Positions 24,818-36,202 of a DNA stretch of 64,000 nucleotides are shown in pieces. Under the pieces are notes generated by a model that saw only the letters and a list, made by a program, of their open reading frames with translations, was not told the origin of the DNA and did not search any database. Both the position numbers and the translations under genes were made by a program. Origin of the DNA: Centroscyllium fabricii (Eukaryota); assembly GCA_051313645.2 (NCBI GenBank), contig JBNRSN020000005.1:303366001-303430000 (forward strand). Direction: 5' to 3'. The stretch's first letter is position 1. Every line of letters starts with the position of its first letter.

Positions 24818-25468
24818 TGGGGGGGAGGGGAGGGGGGGGAGGTAGGTAGGAGGGGGTGATGGGGTGGGGGAGGGGGGTGGTGATGAGGTTGGGGGAGGGA
24901 AGGAGGGAGTGGGTGATGGGGGAGTGGGTGATGGGGAGGGAGGTGGGTGGGGAGTGGGAGGGGCTGGTGGTGGGGGGAGGGGGGTGATGGGGAGGGGGAG
25001 TGGGGATGGGTGGTGAGGGGGTAGGGTTGATTGGGGAGGGGTGGTGATGGGGAGGGGGAGGGGTGGTGATGGGGAGGGGTGGGGGTGGTTGGAAGAGGGG
25101 TGGGGGAGAGGGGTCGTGATGAGGAGGAGGCAGGGGAGGGGTGGTGATGTGGAGGGGTTGGTTGGAGGAGGGGTGGGTGAGAGGGGTGGTGATGGGGAGG
25201 AGGCAGGGGAGGGGGAGGGGTGGTGATGTGGAGGGCTTGGTTGGAGGAGGGGTGGGGGAGAGGGATGGTGATGGGGGTGAGGGGGTAGGGTTGATTGGGG
25301 AGGGGGAGGGGTGGTGAGGGGAGGCGTGGTTGGAGGAGGGGTGGGGGAGAGAGGTGGGGTGAGGGGGGAGGGTTGATTGGGGAGGGGAGGGGGAGGGGTG
25401 GTGAGGGGAGGGGAGGTTGGAGGAGGGGTGGGCGAGAGGGATGGTGATGGGAAGGGGGGGTTGGGGGG
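24818..25468 (+). repeat. G-rich low-complexity tract
   Basis: Degenerate GGGGAGGGGTGGTGAT-type units with almost no C on the + strand; source of the Pro-rich spurious ORFs. Confidence 0.9.
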
Positions 25469-26271
25469 AAAGAGACCGTGGACTGCCAGTTCTTTGCTGG
25501 CCATCTATCCTCACTTGTCTTGCACGTCTTTTTTCCCCAAACTTTCCAGTTCTGGTTCAAACCGTTGCAAATTCAGTTGTGTGATGCAATTTCTATTGTT
25601 TGTTGAAGGGAGTCAACTGCTGCACATTAAGATCATTTTTCAGCATGGTGTGTTAGCGTGTAATAAAAAGGTTAAATGGCTTGCTTTGAACCATTGCTTA
25701 AACATAGCTTGCTGCAGTATGTTGACACTTCCAATAGCAATTCCAAGGGAGAAACCTCCTTTGAGGTCAAAAAACAAGCTGGGGAAAAAAGTATGAGTTT
25801 CCAAAACACGGCAATATGTGAAATGTCCAACAGTATCCCAGAAACAATGAAATCTGCACAAATATTCATTTGTGCAGACTGTATGTATCTATGATAAATT
25901 ATAGCAAAATAAATAATGCAATTGGAAAAGACTGGTCTAAGTACATAAAACTGACAGGAATTCTGATTAATTTAAACAGGTTTGATCTCTTGCACTTTCG
26001 GCAGAAATCAACTCAATACATGGCTATATTTCCTTTATATTTCCTTTGTTGGCTTGCACAGTTAGTTTTGTAGAAAAACACATTTCGCAACTTCCATTGT
26101 GCTAATTGAAGCCTACTCAACACAAAAAGCACCCCACATCTACAGATCTAAGAACACAGTGATTCTGGCAGATGTTTTCTTCTGGATTCCATGAAACAAT
26201 TTCAGAAGTAATCAGGAAATGTCGTAATCAAGTTAGCTAGATTTCATCAACAGAAATATGGCAAATATATT

Positions 26272-27036
26272 GGGCCAGAAATTCCGATCGCCCCGAGTGA
26301 GCACGCGCTAGGTACTCACCTGTAGGCCCATCGGAAGTGCCAGTTTCCGGCATGCACCGCACATGCGTGTGAAACCGCCACTTCCGATCCCCTGAAAGAA
26401 GGGGTCAGGGATCAGAACGCTTGCGTGTGCGCGGCAGCGGGTGCGCAATGCACTTGCAATTTTTCTCCACAGGTTTTTATCCGGGTAAATATGGAGAAAG
26501 ATACGTCTGCTTTTTTCATGCGCAAAGACCCCTTTTCAGCAGGCAAGTGGTGAATTAATTCAATTTAAAAAAATATTTCCACAGGTTTTTCATTTTGAAA
26601 TACTTTAAAGAAAGCTAAGTTGATTTTTAGCCCTGTTAAATACTTCAATTATATTTTTCAAAATTTTTAATTTTTGTTTAAAATAGCTAATTTATGTAAT
26701 TGATAGTTATTTAAAAAATTGTTTTTTAATATTTATTTTAAGATTTACTGAGGTTTTGGGGTTGTACTACCTGTATTCATAAGTTTGACAGGTCTTCCCG
26801 TCAAACTTATGAATGGAGCATTCTGTGCTCCGACTGGCTCTCCGCGGCCCACGTGATCCCGCGCGATATCTCGCACTAACTGCGCCGCTGGAATCCGGGA
26901 GTGCAGCGCGCCGGCAGTTCAGGAGAGCCCAACATCGGAAGCCCATGCGGGGGCACTGCTCAATGGCCGGCGCGGTAGGTAAGTGTGGGTTGGAGGCTTG
27001 CACTCGCGGGAAGCCTCCAAACCGAATTTCTGGGCC
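26272..27036 (+). mobile_element. Harbinger-like MITE, family A
   Basis: gggccagaaattcc ... ccgaatttctgggcc; colinear with 56755-60038 once the nested insert is removed. Confidence 0.85.
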
Positions 27037-28319
27037 ATGGTTTCAATGTTGTCAATCAAGTACAAACAGCGACACAAAGAAAAGCATTTTACTAATTGTT
27101 TTGAACATTGCACAAAGATACTTAACTGAATGAGCTTTATGTTTAAGCTAGAATAATCAGTTACATTTCAAAATAAGTTTTGATTTGAATTAATTTATTC
27201 GCTTGTTTAAGATTTACACCAAACAAAGGCTAGGTTCATGTAGGCTGGACTATTTTTTGGTAATGCTCTCCTGCTCCCATGGTAATGAAATCAACAAGAG
27301 AAATGTTTTCATTGGCTGCTAAATATTACTAGTATTATTTTCTACAACTCAGAATTTTATACAATATAAATAATGCTTCCCATGCCTCTGATACATCCTC
27401 CAACACTGCAGGCAGTGGCTTAGGCTCCACCAATGCCACTGTGACTCAAGACAAATCTTTCAGATGCTTTCCTTCCTTCGAGAAGCAAGTACTGCACCTC
27501 TGTGAGATTGGGAACCGCACTGGGGATCATCAAGATGGAACGCATTCTACGTTTGCAAGAGGAATAGAAAATTCAACAGCGAAACAAGTGAATCAATTTC
27601 AAATATGCTACATTGATCCAAAATTGTACAGAACTACTTGGAAATAGCATATGGTGCTCTGACAATAACCCAACTGTGGAGGAAATGAGAAGTCAGATGA
27701 TTTCACATAACTTTTTCCATTTGTTCAGCTAGCTGTGAAGACCAAACCTGCTTGTAGCATGTGCCAAGCCAAACAGTCTTTGACCCGACCACTGCAGCAA
27801 ACATTCTATGGGCCACCCGTTAAGTTCAGTAACGGCTGTCCACAGAGTAACATGAAACTGCAGAGATGCAAGAGATAGCAGGAACCTGGCTGGAACTGAA
27901 TAGGAGAGTGTTATACAATGCTGATTGTAGGAGCTGATGCAATAACTGAAGTTTGTAATGTTCTCTTAAGGTGGAAACATATGAAAGTTATGGTGGAAAC
28001 ATATGAAGGTTATTTAATGCAGACATTTTTTGAAACATGCAACAAAATTCCAGAAAACAAGGTTATACACTGGCACAACTGTAAATATATAAAGGCACTC
28101 TACAGCCCTCTGGACTAAACATACAGTTCAACAATTTTAGATCATAACCTCGGCCCCTACCACAAAAATATATTATATATAATTTCTCTCTTTTTTCAAT
28201 CCTCACTTTTGTCTGGGCTTTTTTCTTTTTTTTTCTTTTTTCTTTACTCTGCCAGAGCTGTTCAGAGCCATCCTGTGTTCCTTCAATTTCTCCTAATATC
28301 GCTTACCTTTCCCGCCTTC

Positions 28320-28565
28320 TAGCCTGTTGCTGATCTTTTCTTTGTTCTTTCAGACTCCACCCCCACCCCCCCCCCCATCCCCTTTCCCCAGTCCCCACTT
28401 GCTTTAACATCTATCCCCCCTCCTGGTTTCTCCAGTTCTGACGAAAGGTCATCGACCTGAAACGTTAACTCTGTTTCTCTCACCACCGATGCTGCCTGGC
28501 CTGCTGAGTTGTTCCAGCGTTTTCTGCTGTTATTTCGGATTTCCAGCATCTGCAGTATTTTGCTG
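28320..28565 (+). mobile_element. Penelope-like pseudo-LTR fragment
   Basis: gaaacgttaactctgtttctctc..gatgctgcctggcctgctgag..ttccagc..ttccagcatctgcagtattttgct; related remnants at about 400-450, 770-830 and 61008-61135. Confidence 0.7.
28434..28470 (+). ncRNA. Minimal type I hammerhead ribozyme motif (second family)
   Basis: AGTT-CTGACGA-A-AGGTC(ATC)GACCT-GAAA-CG-TT-AACT: core intact, stem II AGGTC/GACCT, stem I AGTT/AACT, palindromic AACGTT. Confidence 0.8.
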
Positions 28566-28589
28566 TCGCATAAATGTACATACAAGGTA

Positions 28590-29289
28590 GCGATGTTGCG
28601 CTGTGCAAGCCTCCAACATGCACTTAACTTGCGCGCCGGCCGTTGAGCTGTAGGCCCACGTGGAATTCCGATGCGGGGCCCCCTCCAACTGCCGGTGCGC
28701 TGTGCTCACGTATCCCAGCGGCGCAGTTAGTGCGATGGATCATGTGGGATCACGTGGGCCACGGAGAGCCAATCGGAGCACAGAATGCTCCATTCAGAAG
28801 TTTGACAGGAAGAGCGGTCAAAAGTATGAAAACTACAAGCCCCAAAACATCACTAAATCTTCAAATATATATATTTTTTTAAATCACACTTTTTAAAGTA
28901 ACTATAAATTACATTAAATAACTATTTTAAACAATAATTTAAATTTTTGATAAAATTATTTATTTTTTCTGACGGGGCTAAAAATAAACTTACCTTTCTT
29001 TAAAGCATTTAAAAATAATAAACTTGTGGAAAAAATGTTTTTGAATTAATTCACCACTTAACTTGCTTTCCATCAGCCGTAACTTTTTCATACTTACCCA
29101 GACACAGAAGCTTATAAAAAAGCGGAAGTGCAGTGCGCACACGTTCCAACCTCTGAACCCTTCTGTCAGGGGATCGGAAGTGCCAGTTTCGCGCGCATGC
29201 GCTGTGCATGCATGAATCCGGCACATTGGATGGGCCTACGGGTGAGTACCCAGCGTGCACTCACCCGTTGGGACCCGAATTTCTGGGCC
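28590..29289 (-). mobile_element. Harbinger-like MITE, family A, reverse orientation
   Basis: Ends in gaatttctgggcc; the body is the reverse complement of 26272-27036. Confidence 0.8.
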
Positions 29290-29299
29290 ATTGCAACTT

Positions 29300-29575
29300 C
29301 CAAGCTTCTGATCAGACAAGGCCACCTCTGATCACTTCCTCCTCATCATCTGCATCCCCGTCTGTCTTGAATTCCGCCACGGTCACCCTCTACACCTGCA
29401 AAAAACTTCCAGCTTCCTCACCAAAACTATTCTCCTCTTGCCACAACATTGTTGCTGGTGTTGCCCTGCCCAACAATTTCCTTGCTTCTCGACCGTCAAC
29501 ATCCTTGAACCGAAGCGCCACATTGTATTCCACCTCCACTGTTTCGACTCCCACATCCACACCCTCAAGCTGAAG
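29300..29575 (+). mobile_element. Highly decayed L2 fragment
   Basis: gacaaggccacctctgatcacttcct resembles gataaggccatctctgaccacttcct in the L2 at 15881. Confidence 0.5.
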
Positions 29576-29970
29576 ATTTGAGTATAAGGTCTGATCGCCC
29601 AAGGTTGAATTCTCTCATAGCTTGGTCTTGTACATAATGCACAAAAGTACTTGAGGCATGGGAAGGAAGACGCAGCTATATTTACCGAGAGAAGAGGATG
29701 AAATACAAACAAGACATTAATGTAGTTTCAAGGTCTCATGCAAGGCCTTGTCCTGCAAAATTTCTGGCGGATAATTGAAGTGTGGCTAATGGACGTTCCA
29801 TTTACATTCATAAATGATCCATAAAATGCTTGCAAGATCTTGTTATGGCAGAAAATGAAACTCAGTAAGCAAACTCATTAACTTGTTAAAGCAAATCCAG
29901 CGCTTCATTTAAAAAAAATATATCTTCATATTCAGACTCAACAGTGGTCTTGATTTCTTAGAAACATATA

Positions 29971-30750
29971 GGGCTAGAGGTGTGGCTCCTTTGCGCCTGC
30001 CATTAGCACTACCAGGGGGCGCAAAGGGCTTATCGTCCGGGGGAGGCAGTTAGAAAAGCGCCTCCCGAGAAATTCGGCGGGGCATTGCTGAGGCATTAAC
30101 AGATAGCACCGCGCACCCACCGGTAGCACCCCTGCCGGCAGCGCCCCAACCCCTGCGCCACCAGCGGTGACATCATCGCTGTGCGCTGCGACCCCTTAGT
30201 GCCCCACCACATCCCCGTATCACCCCATGGCAGAAATTCGGCTGCACCCCATGAGGTTGCTGCAGGCAATGGCAGCGCCACCCTCACAGGTCGCGATCCG
30301 GGCTGACCGCCGCTTGTGGGGCGGTAATTAAAGGGGAGGTGTGGCCGCGACCCGCACCACCATTTTCTTTTTTTGGCCAACCTCCAGGTCGGCCCTCTGT
30401 GGTGGGCTGTGGCGTGGTCCTGGCTGCCATCGGGCAGCCCGGCACCGCATCTCAGTGCCGGGCTGCGGACGCGGCACCACGCCACCCTGGTGGGCCTAGT
30501 GTGGGCCATCGGAGGCCCTGCAGAGTACGCAGTGGCCCTTCCCTTTAACTGAAGGGGAGGGGCGTTGAAACACGGCAGCACTCCGCGGAGCCTCCACCGG
30601 GCGCTGCTGATCACGCCTCGCCATCGCCTCGGTTACCGCCCCAACAGGAAGTGGAGCGCCCGACATTGCGCTGCACTTATTGTGCAGGGCGGTAAGCTGG
30701 ATTTAGTGGCCGGGGCGGTACTTCCATGCCAGGCGTTAAATATCCAGCCT
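29971..30750. mobile_element. GC-rich MITE-like element
   Basis: gggctaga... / ...atccagcct ends, internal inverted aaggggagg/cttccctt motifs, and a sharp GC step against the flanks. Confidence 0.55.
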
Positions 30751-30939
30751 TACCTCAGTTACCACCCCCAAACGGCATTAGTAAGCCAACTCTGAATTTC
30801 AATTGACACTTCATAGCCTTTTGCATTGACTTATACTCACTTATAAAGAATAAATGGGAGGTTAGAGAAAATTCTTTATACCAAGAATAGTTAGAATGTG
30901 GAATTCTCTACCACCATTGTTTGAGTAGAGCCCATAATT

Positions 30940-31070
30940 TACCTTCACCACACGGACTGCAGCGGTTCAAGAAGGCAATTCACCACCACCTTCTCAAGGG
31001 CAATTAGGGATGGGCAATAAATGCTGGTCTTGCCAGCGACGCCCACATCCTGTGAATGAATTGGAAAAAA
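30940..31070 (+). mobile_element. 3' end of the CR1-clade LINE family seen at 39680-41235
   Basis: accttcaccacacggactgcagcggttcaag...gggcaataaatgctgg matches 41107-41225. Confidence 0.8.
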
Positions 31071-31461
31071 ATTCACAACTATCTTCTCACCATGTCTTAC
31101 AGGCGAAGGGCTCATCCATAATAAAGAAAACGGAGCGCATGGCAAACAAACAGGGGAAAAAAACTCGCAATGCCAACGATGTTCACATGAAAATAATTGG
31201 CTGTAGTGACATAAAACGTGTATAATTTTCAGGAAATACACAGGGATACTGACGTGAGACACAGAGCAAAAAGGAGATGGTTTGGAGTCTGTCATATTTT
31301 GAGGTGATCTATACTAGCCAAAAACCAACAAGCACCTTTAATTGTGTCATTTTATTCAAACTAAACAACCTATATTTGTCTTTATTCATGGAAAGATTAT
31401 CAGGTGCAGGTTGGGGCAAGGTGACTGCACAGATGCGGCAGCCACTGTTAGAAGGAACAAT

Positions 31462-32252
31462 GGCCCCGATTTTCACTGAGCCGTGGAGTCGGGATTGGAG
31501 GCGTGCGGGGGGTTCAAACCCCGAAATCAGGGGTCCCGACCCATCCCCAACTCCATGCCAGTTTCAAAGGAGCCAGGCACCCGCCCCGCACTGGGAATCG
31601 CCTACCCGGGGCGGGAAGGGGTTAGTGCCAATTAACTGGCTGTTAACGTTGAACTGTGAGTTTCCCCGACGGCTCCAAACCACGCCAAGTTAGAGTCGTC
31701 GGGCCGTCGGGTTGACGGACATTGGAAGGGTCGAGATGTCAGTGTTCAGGTGAGTGATGCGTGCATGCGTGCACAGGTAAGTGTGTTTGGTGTGTCTAAA
31801 GTGATTAAATAAGTTTAAATGACCTTTTCTTACCTTTTCAGCCTTCCTTCCTTTAGGTTTCGGGAGTCCCTCATCTCACCGGCAAAGAAATCAGAATGGC
31901 TGCGAACTGTCAAAAATGACAGCCTTCAGCTTTCTGTGCAGGAGAGATTTCTAACCAAGTCTGTGTAGAAGGACTCAGGTTAGAAGTAAGACTATCAGTG
32001 TTTGACAGCTTCAAACAGCTGTGAAACACAGATGTTTCATCAGTCAAAACCTCTTGACAGATGAAATTTCAGTCTGTGACGTCTCCCGTTGCCGGGTGGC
32101 CCTTAATTGGCCTGCTGAGCCCGCTGGGCGGGCTCAATAAGGTCAATCAAGTTACAATCGCGTGGATTGGCCGCATCTCGAGGGAGGCAGGACAACAACC
32201 CCGAAAGTTGCAGTCCCGCCTCCTTCCCGACTCCGGAGTTAAAATCACCCCC
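31462..32252 (+). mobile_element. Harbinger-like MITE, family C, TSD AAT
   Basis: aat|ggccccgatttt ... aaaatcaccccc|aat; reverse-complement homolog at 45763-46573. Confidence 0.8.
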
Positions 32253-32984
32253 AATGGGTTTGTGACTTGCCAGCTTCCGAAAACAATGGCCACTTAATGC
32301 CAAGGATGCAAAATTGCAGAAAATTCCAAACTTTCTGACAGAGGGACACCCAATTTACAGGGATAATATACAGGAGCTACTTTATACTCTTATTTATTCC
32401 CAGAAGATTATGGCTCTAACTTTCTAAGATGTTACAAGACTAAATTAGAGAGTTCTGTTGCAATCCAAGCTATTTTGTGGAGTGAACTGCCACAAAAATA
32501 CCATAAATCAGTCCTTTGTTACTAGTTTTAAGTTTGGAAGTGTCCCTTGCAAATCTGTCAAAAACTCACTTCCACATTTTGTCTATAACATAATTAGCTT
32601 TGGATACACATACCTTACGAGGAACTAATTATACAAGTTTTAAAATAATTCTCTCTCTGAAAAGGGAAATAACGGTTCGGACTCATCAGTGCAGCATTGC
32701 AACAATGGGGAAAAAGCTTCGCTGCACTCTCTCTATGGCAAGTATATCCTTTCTTAGGTAAGGAGACCAAAACTGTACACAGTACTCCAGGTGTGGTCTC
32801 ACCAAGGCCCTGTGTAACTGTAGTAAGACATCCTTGCTCCTGTACTCAAATCCTCTTGCAATGAAGGCCAACATACCATTTGCCTTCATAACTGCTTTCT
32901 GCACCTGCATGTTTGCTTTCAGTGACTGGTGTACAAGGACACCCAGGTCCCTTTGTACATCTACATTTCCCAATCTATCACCAT

Positions 32985-33865
32985 TGTACAGCCCGACACA
33001 GTAACAACCGGATAATAAAGTTTGCCGATGACACCACGGTAATTGCCCTGATTAGCAACGAGAATGAGACGGAGTACAGGGATGAGATAGTTCAGCTGAT
33101 GAGATGGTGTAATGATAACAACCTTGCCCTGAACATCAGCAAGACTAAGGAACTCATCGTGGACTTCAGATGCCATCAAGGGAACCACCGACCAATGATC
33201 ATAGACGGGACACCAGTAGAAATAGTCAGTTGCTTCCGATTCCTAGGTCTGCAGATCTCAGACGACCTGACCTGGAACTATAGCACCGAGGCAATGCTGA
33301 AGAAGGCACACCAGCACCTCTACCCTCTACAGTGCCTGAGGAAATGCGGCATAAGCACACAATGGCTTGTGAACTTTTACCGCGGCACCATAGAGCGCGT
33401 CTTGTCGGGTGGCGTCACTGTGTGGTATGGCAACACCAATGCTCAGGATAGGAAAGCCATTCAGAGGGTCGCGAGGACGGCAGAAAAAATCATCGAGTGT
33501 GCACTTCCATCCATCGAGGAGATCTTCCAGACCAGGTGTCGGAACAAGGCCCGCTCCATCATCAAGGACCCCAATCACCCTGGGCACGATCTGTTCTCCC
33601 TCCTGCGGTCTGGCTGTCGGTACTGCAGCATCCGAACCAGGACCAGCAGGTTCAAAAACAGTTTCTACCCACAGGCAGTGCGCCTACTTAATTGCTAACT
33701 GCACTCGTTACTTATTTGTTTATTTGCTTATTATTTTTTTCTATATTTATACTTGTTTTTTTTTACTTTTTTGCTTTTCTACATTTAGAATTGTGGGAGT
33801 GAATGGGGAGTAAGCATTCCATTGTACGAGTTACACATGGCAATAAAATTGTCTTGAATCTTGAA
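32985..33865 (+). mobile_element. Rex1/Babar LINE, 5'-truncated, with an open RT C-terminus
   Basis: ORF 32913..33698 IIKFADDTTVIALI...LNISKTKELIVDFR...RTRTSRFKNSFYPQAVRLLN; AATAAA followed by a (tcttgaa)n tail. Confidence 0.9.
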
Positions 33866-34298
33866 TTTAAATAAAACTCTGCCTTTCTGTTCTTCCTACC
33901 AAAGTGGATAACTTCACATTTATCCACGTTATACTGCATCTGCCCACTCACTCAACTTGTCTAAATCGCCTTGAAGCCTCTTTGCATCCTCCTCACAACC
34001 CCACCTAGGTTTCATATCGTCAGCAAACTTGGAAATTTTACATTTGGTTCCCTCATCCAAATCATTGATACATATTATGAATAGCTGGGGCCCAAGCACT
34101 GATCCCTGCGGTACCCCACCAGTCACTTCTTGCCACCCCAAAAATGACCCATTTATTCCTTTTCTCTGTTTCTTGTCTGTTAACCAATTTTCAATCCATC
34201 CCAACATATTACCCCCAATCCCATGTGCTTTAATTCTGCACACTAACCTCTTATGTGGGACTTTATCAAAGGCCTTCTGAAAATCCAAATACCCCACA

Positions 34299-34696
34299 GG
34301 GCGGCACGGTGGCACAGTGGTTAGCACTGTTGTCTCACAGCACTGGAGACCAGGGTTCAAATCCGGCCTCGGGTACTATCTGTGTGGAGTTTGCACATTC
34401 TCCCAGTGTCTGCGTGGGTTTCCTCCAGGTGCTCCGGTTTCCTCCCACAGTCCAAAGATGTGCGGGTTAGGTTGATTGGCCAGGATAAATTGACCCTTAG
34501 GTGTTAGGGGGATTGAATATGTGGGGTTACGGGGATAGGGTGGGATATGTGTCGGTGTGGGCTCGATAGGGATCGAGGGATATGGGGAGAGGGCAGGGGC
34601 GGGGTGCTGGGTTTGGATGGTCAGCCATGGTCTCGTTGAATGGCGGAGCAGGCTCGAAGGGCCGAATGGCCTACTCCTGCTCCTAGTTTCTATGTT
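34299..34696 (+). mobile_element. HE1-type V-SINE with an alternative CR1-derived tail
   Basis: tRNA head (ggtggcacagtgg A-box, ggttcaaatcc B-box), V domain gtggagtttgcacattctccc..gtgggtttcctcc, then a CR1 3' end from 34569. Confidence 0.85.
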
Positions 34697-35668
34697 ACAT
34701 CCACTGGTTCTCTCTTATCTATTCTACCAGTTACATCCTCAAAAAACTCCAGTAGGTTTGTCAAACATAGAGACATAGAAGATAGGAGCAGGAGTAGGCC
34801 ATTCGGCCCTTCGAGCCTGCTCCGCCATTCAATAAGATCATGGCTGATCTTTGGCTGAGATCATGGCTGATCTTTCAAGTTCAGTACCCCGTCCCCACCG
34901 TCTCTCCGTAACCCTTAATCCCTTTAGCCTGAAGAAATATATCCAATTCCCTCTTAAATATATTTAATGAACTGGCCTCCACTCCAGGGAGGTTATTTGT
35001 GTCCTCCTTTGTGAAGACAGAACCAAAATATGAATTTAATTGGTCTGCCATTTCCTTATTCCCCATTATATATTCCCCTGAATCGGACTGCAAGGGACCG
35101 TCAACACGATTTCCCTTTCATAAATCCATGTTAAGTTGGTCTAATCCCATTGATATTTTCTAAGTGTCCTGTTATCACATCCTTTATATTGACTCTAGCA
35201 TTTTCCCTACTACTGATGTTAGTCTGTAGTTCCCGGTTTTCTCTCTCCCTCCTTTTTTAAATAGTAGGGTTATATTTGCCACCCTCCATTCGGCAGGAAC
35301 TGTTCCATAATCGATAGAATTTTGGAAGATGACAACCAATGCATCCACTATTTCCATGGATACCTCTCTCCGTACTCTGGGATGCAGATTATCAGGCCCT
35401 GGGGATTTATCGGCTTTCAGTTCCATTAATTTTTCCCGCACTATTTTCTTACTAATACAGGTTGAGCACCGTTAATCCGGCACGGGCGGGACCAGGCCCG
35501 TGCCGGGATAGTGAAAATCCCGAACGATTGAAGCGTCGGTGAGCGCATGCGCAAACCATTTAAAATGGCCACCACGAAAGGCTGGTGGCCATTTTGAGTG
35601 GTCTGCACATGTGCTTGTCGTTTGGGGAGGCCCGGGGTTGGGCTCGGAGACGCGAGGCTGTGCTCCGA

Positions 35669-36085
35669 GAGGCTGGGCGGGGCTGGGCTCGGAGAGGCTG
35701 GGCGGGGCTGGGCTCGGAGAGGCTGGGCGGGGCTGGGCTCGGAGAGGCGGGGCTGGGCTCGGAGAGGCTGGGCGGGGCTGGGCTCGGAGAGGCTGGGCGG
35801 AGCTGGGCTCGGAGAGGCTGGGCGGGGCTGGGCTCGGAGAGGCTGGGCGGGGCTGGGCTCGGAGAGGCTGGGCGGGGCTGGGCTCGGAGAGGCTGGGCGG
35901 GGCTGGGCTCGGAGCGGCTGGGCGGGGCTGGGCTCGGAGAGGCTGGGCGGGGCTGGGCTCGGAGAGGCTGGGCGGGGCGGGGCTCAGAAAGGCTGGGCGG
36001 GGCTCAGAGGCTGGGCGGGGCTCAGAGGCTGGGCGGGGCTCAGAGAGGCTGGGCGGGGCTGGACTCGGAGAGGCGAGGCTGGGGT
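35669..36085 (+). repeat. 25-bp G-rich minisatellite (GGCTGGGCGGGGCTGGGCTCGGAGA)
   Basis: Tandem units visible directly, decaying to shorter variants at the 3' end. Confidence 0.95.
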
Positions 36086-36202
36086 CGGAGGGCCAGTGAA
36101 TGATCTGCGCATGCACTCACCGTTTGGCGGCGCATGCGCAGATCAGTCACCGAAGCATCAATCGTGGTGGCCATTTTGCGCATGCGTGGCGCAGTCGGGG
36201 AA

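Noticed and set aside
24675-25560. Long Pro/His-rich ORFs (254-279 aa)
   Set aside because: Open in all three minus frames because the G-rich tract lacks stop codons; not a gene.
29390-29602. Acidic minus-strand ORF as a host or transposase exon
   Set aside because: The plus strand resembles the decayed L2 at 15881; the ORF is most likely its antisense shadow.
31085-31250. Possible host exon on the minus strand (pyrimidine tract + CAG ... GTGAG)
   Set aside because: The only open frame gives no recognisable protein, and no partner exons were found.
34299-34370. tRNA gene (also 47952-48020 and 14278-14345)
   Set aside because: The A/B boxes belong to SINE heads; there is no cloverleaf and the SINE body follows.
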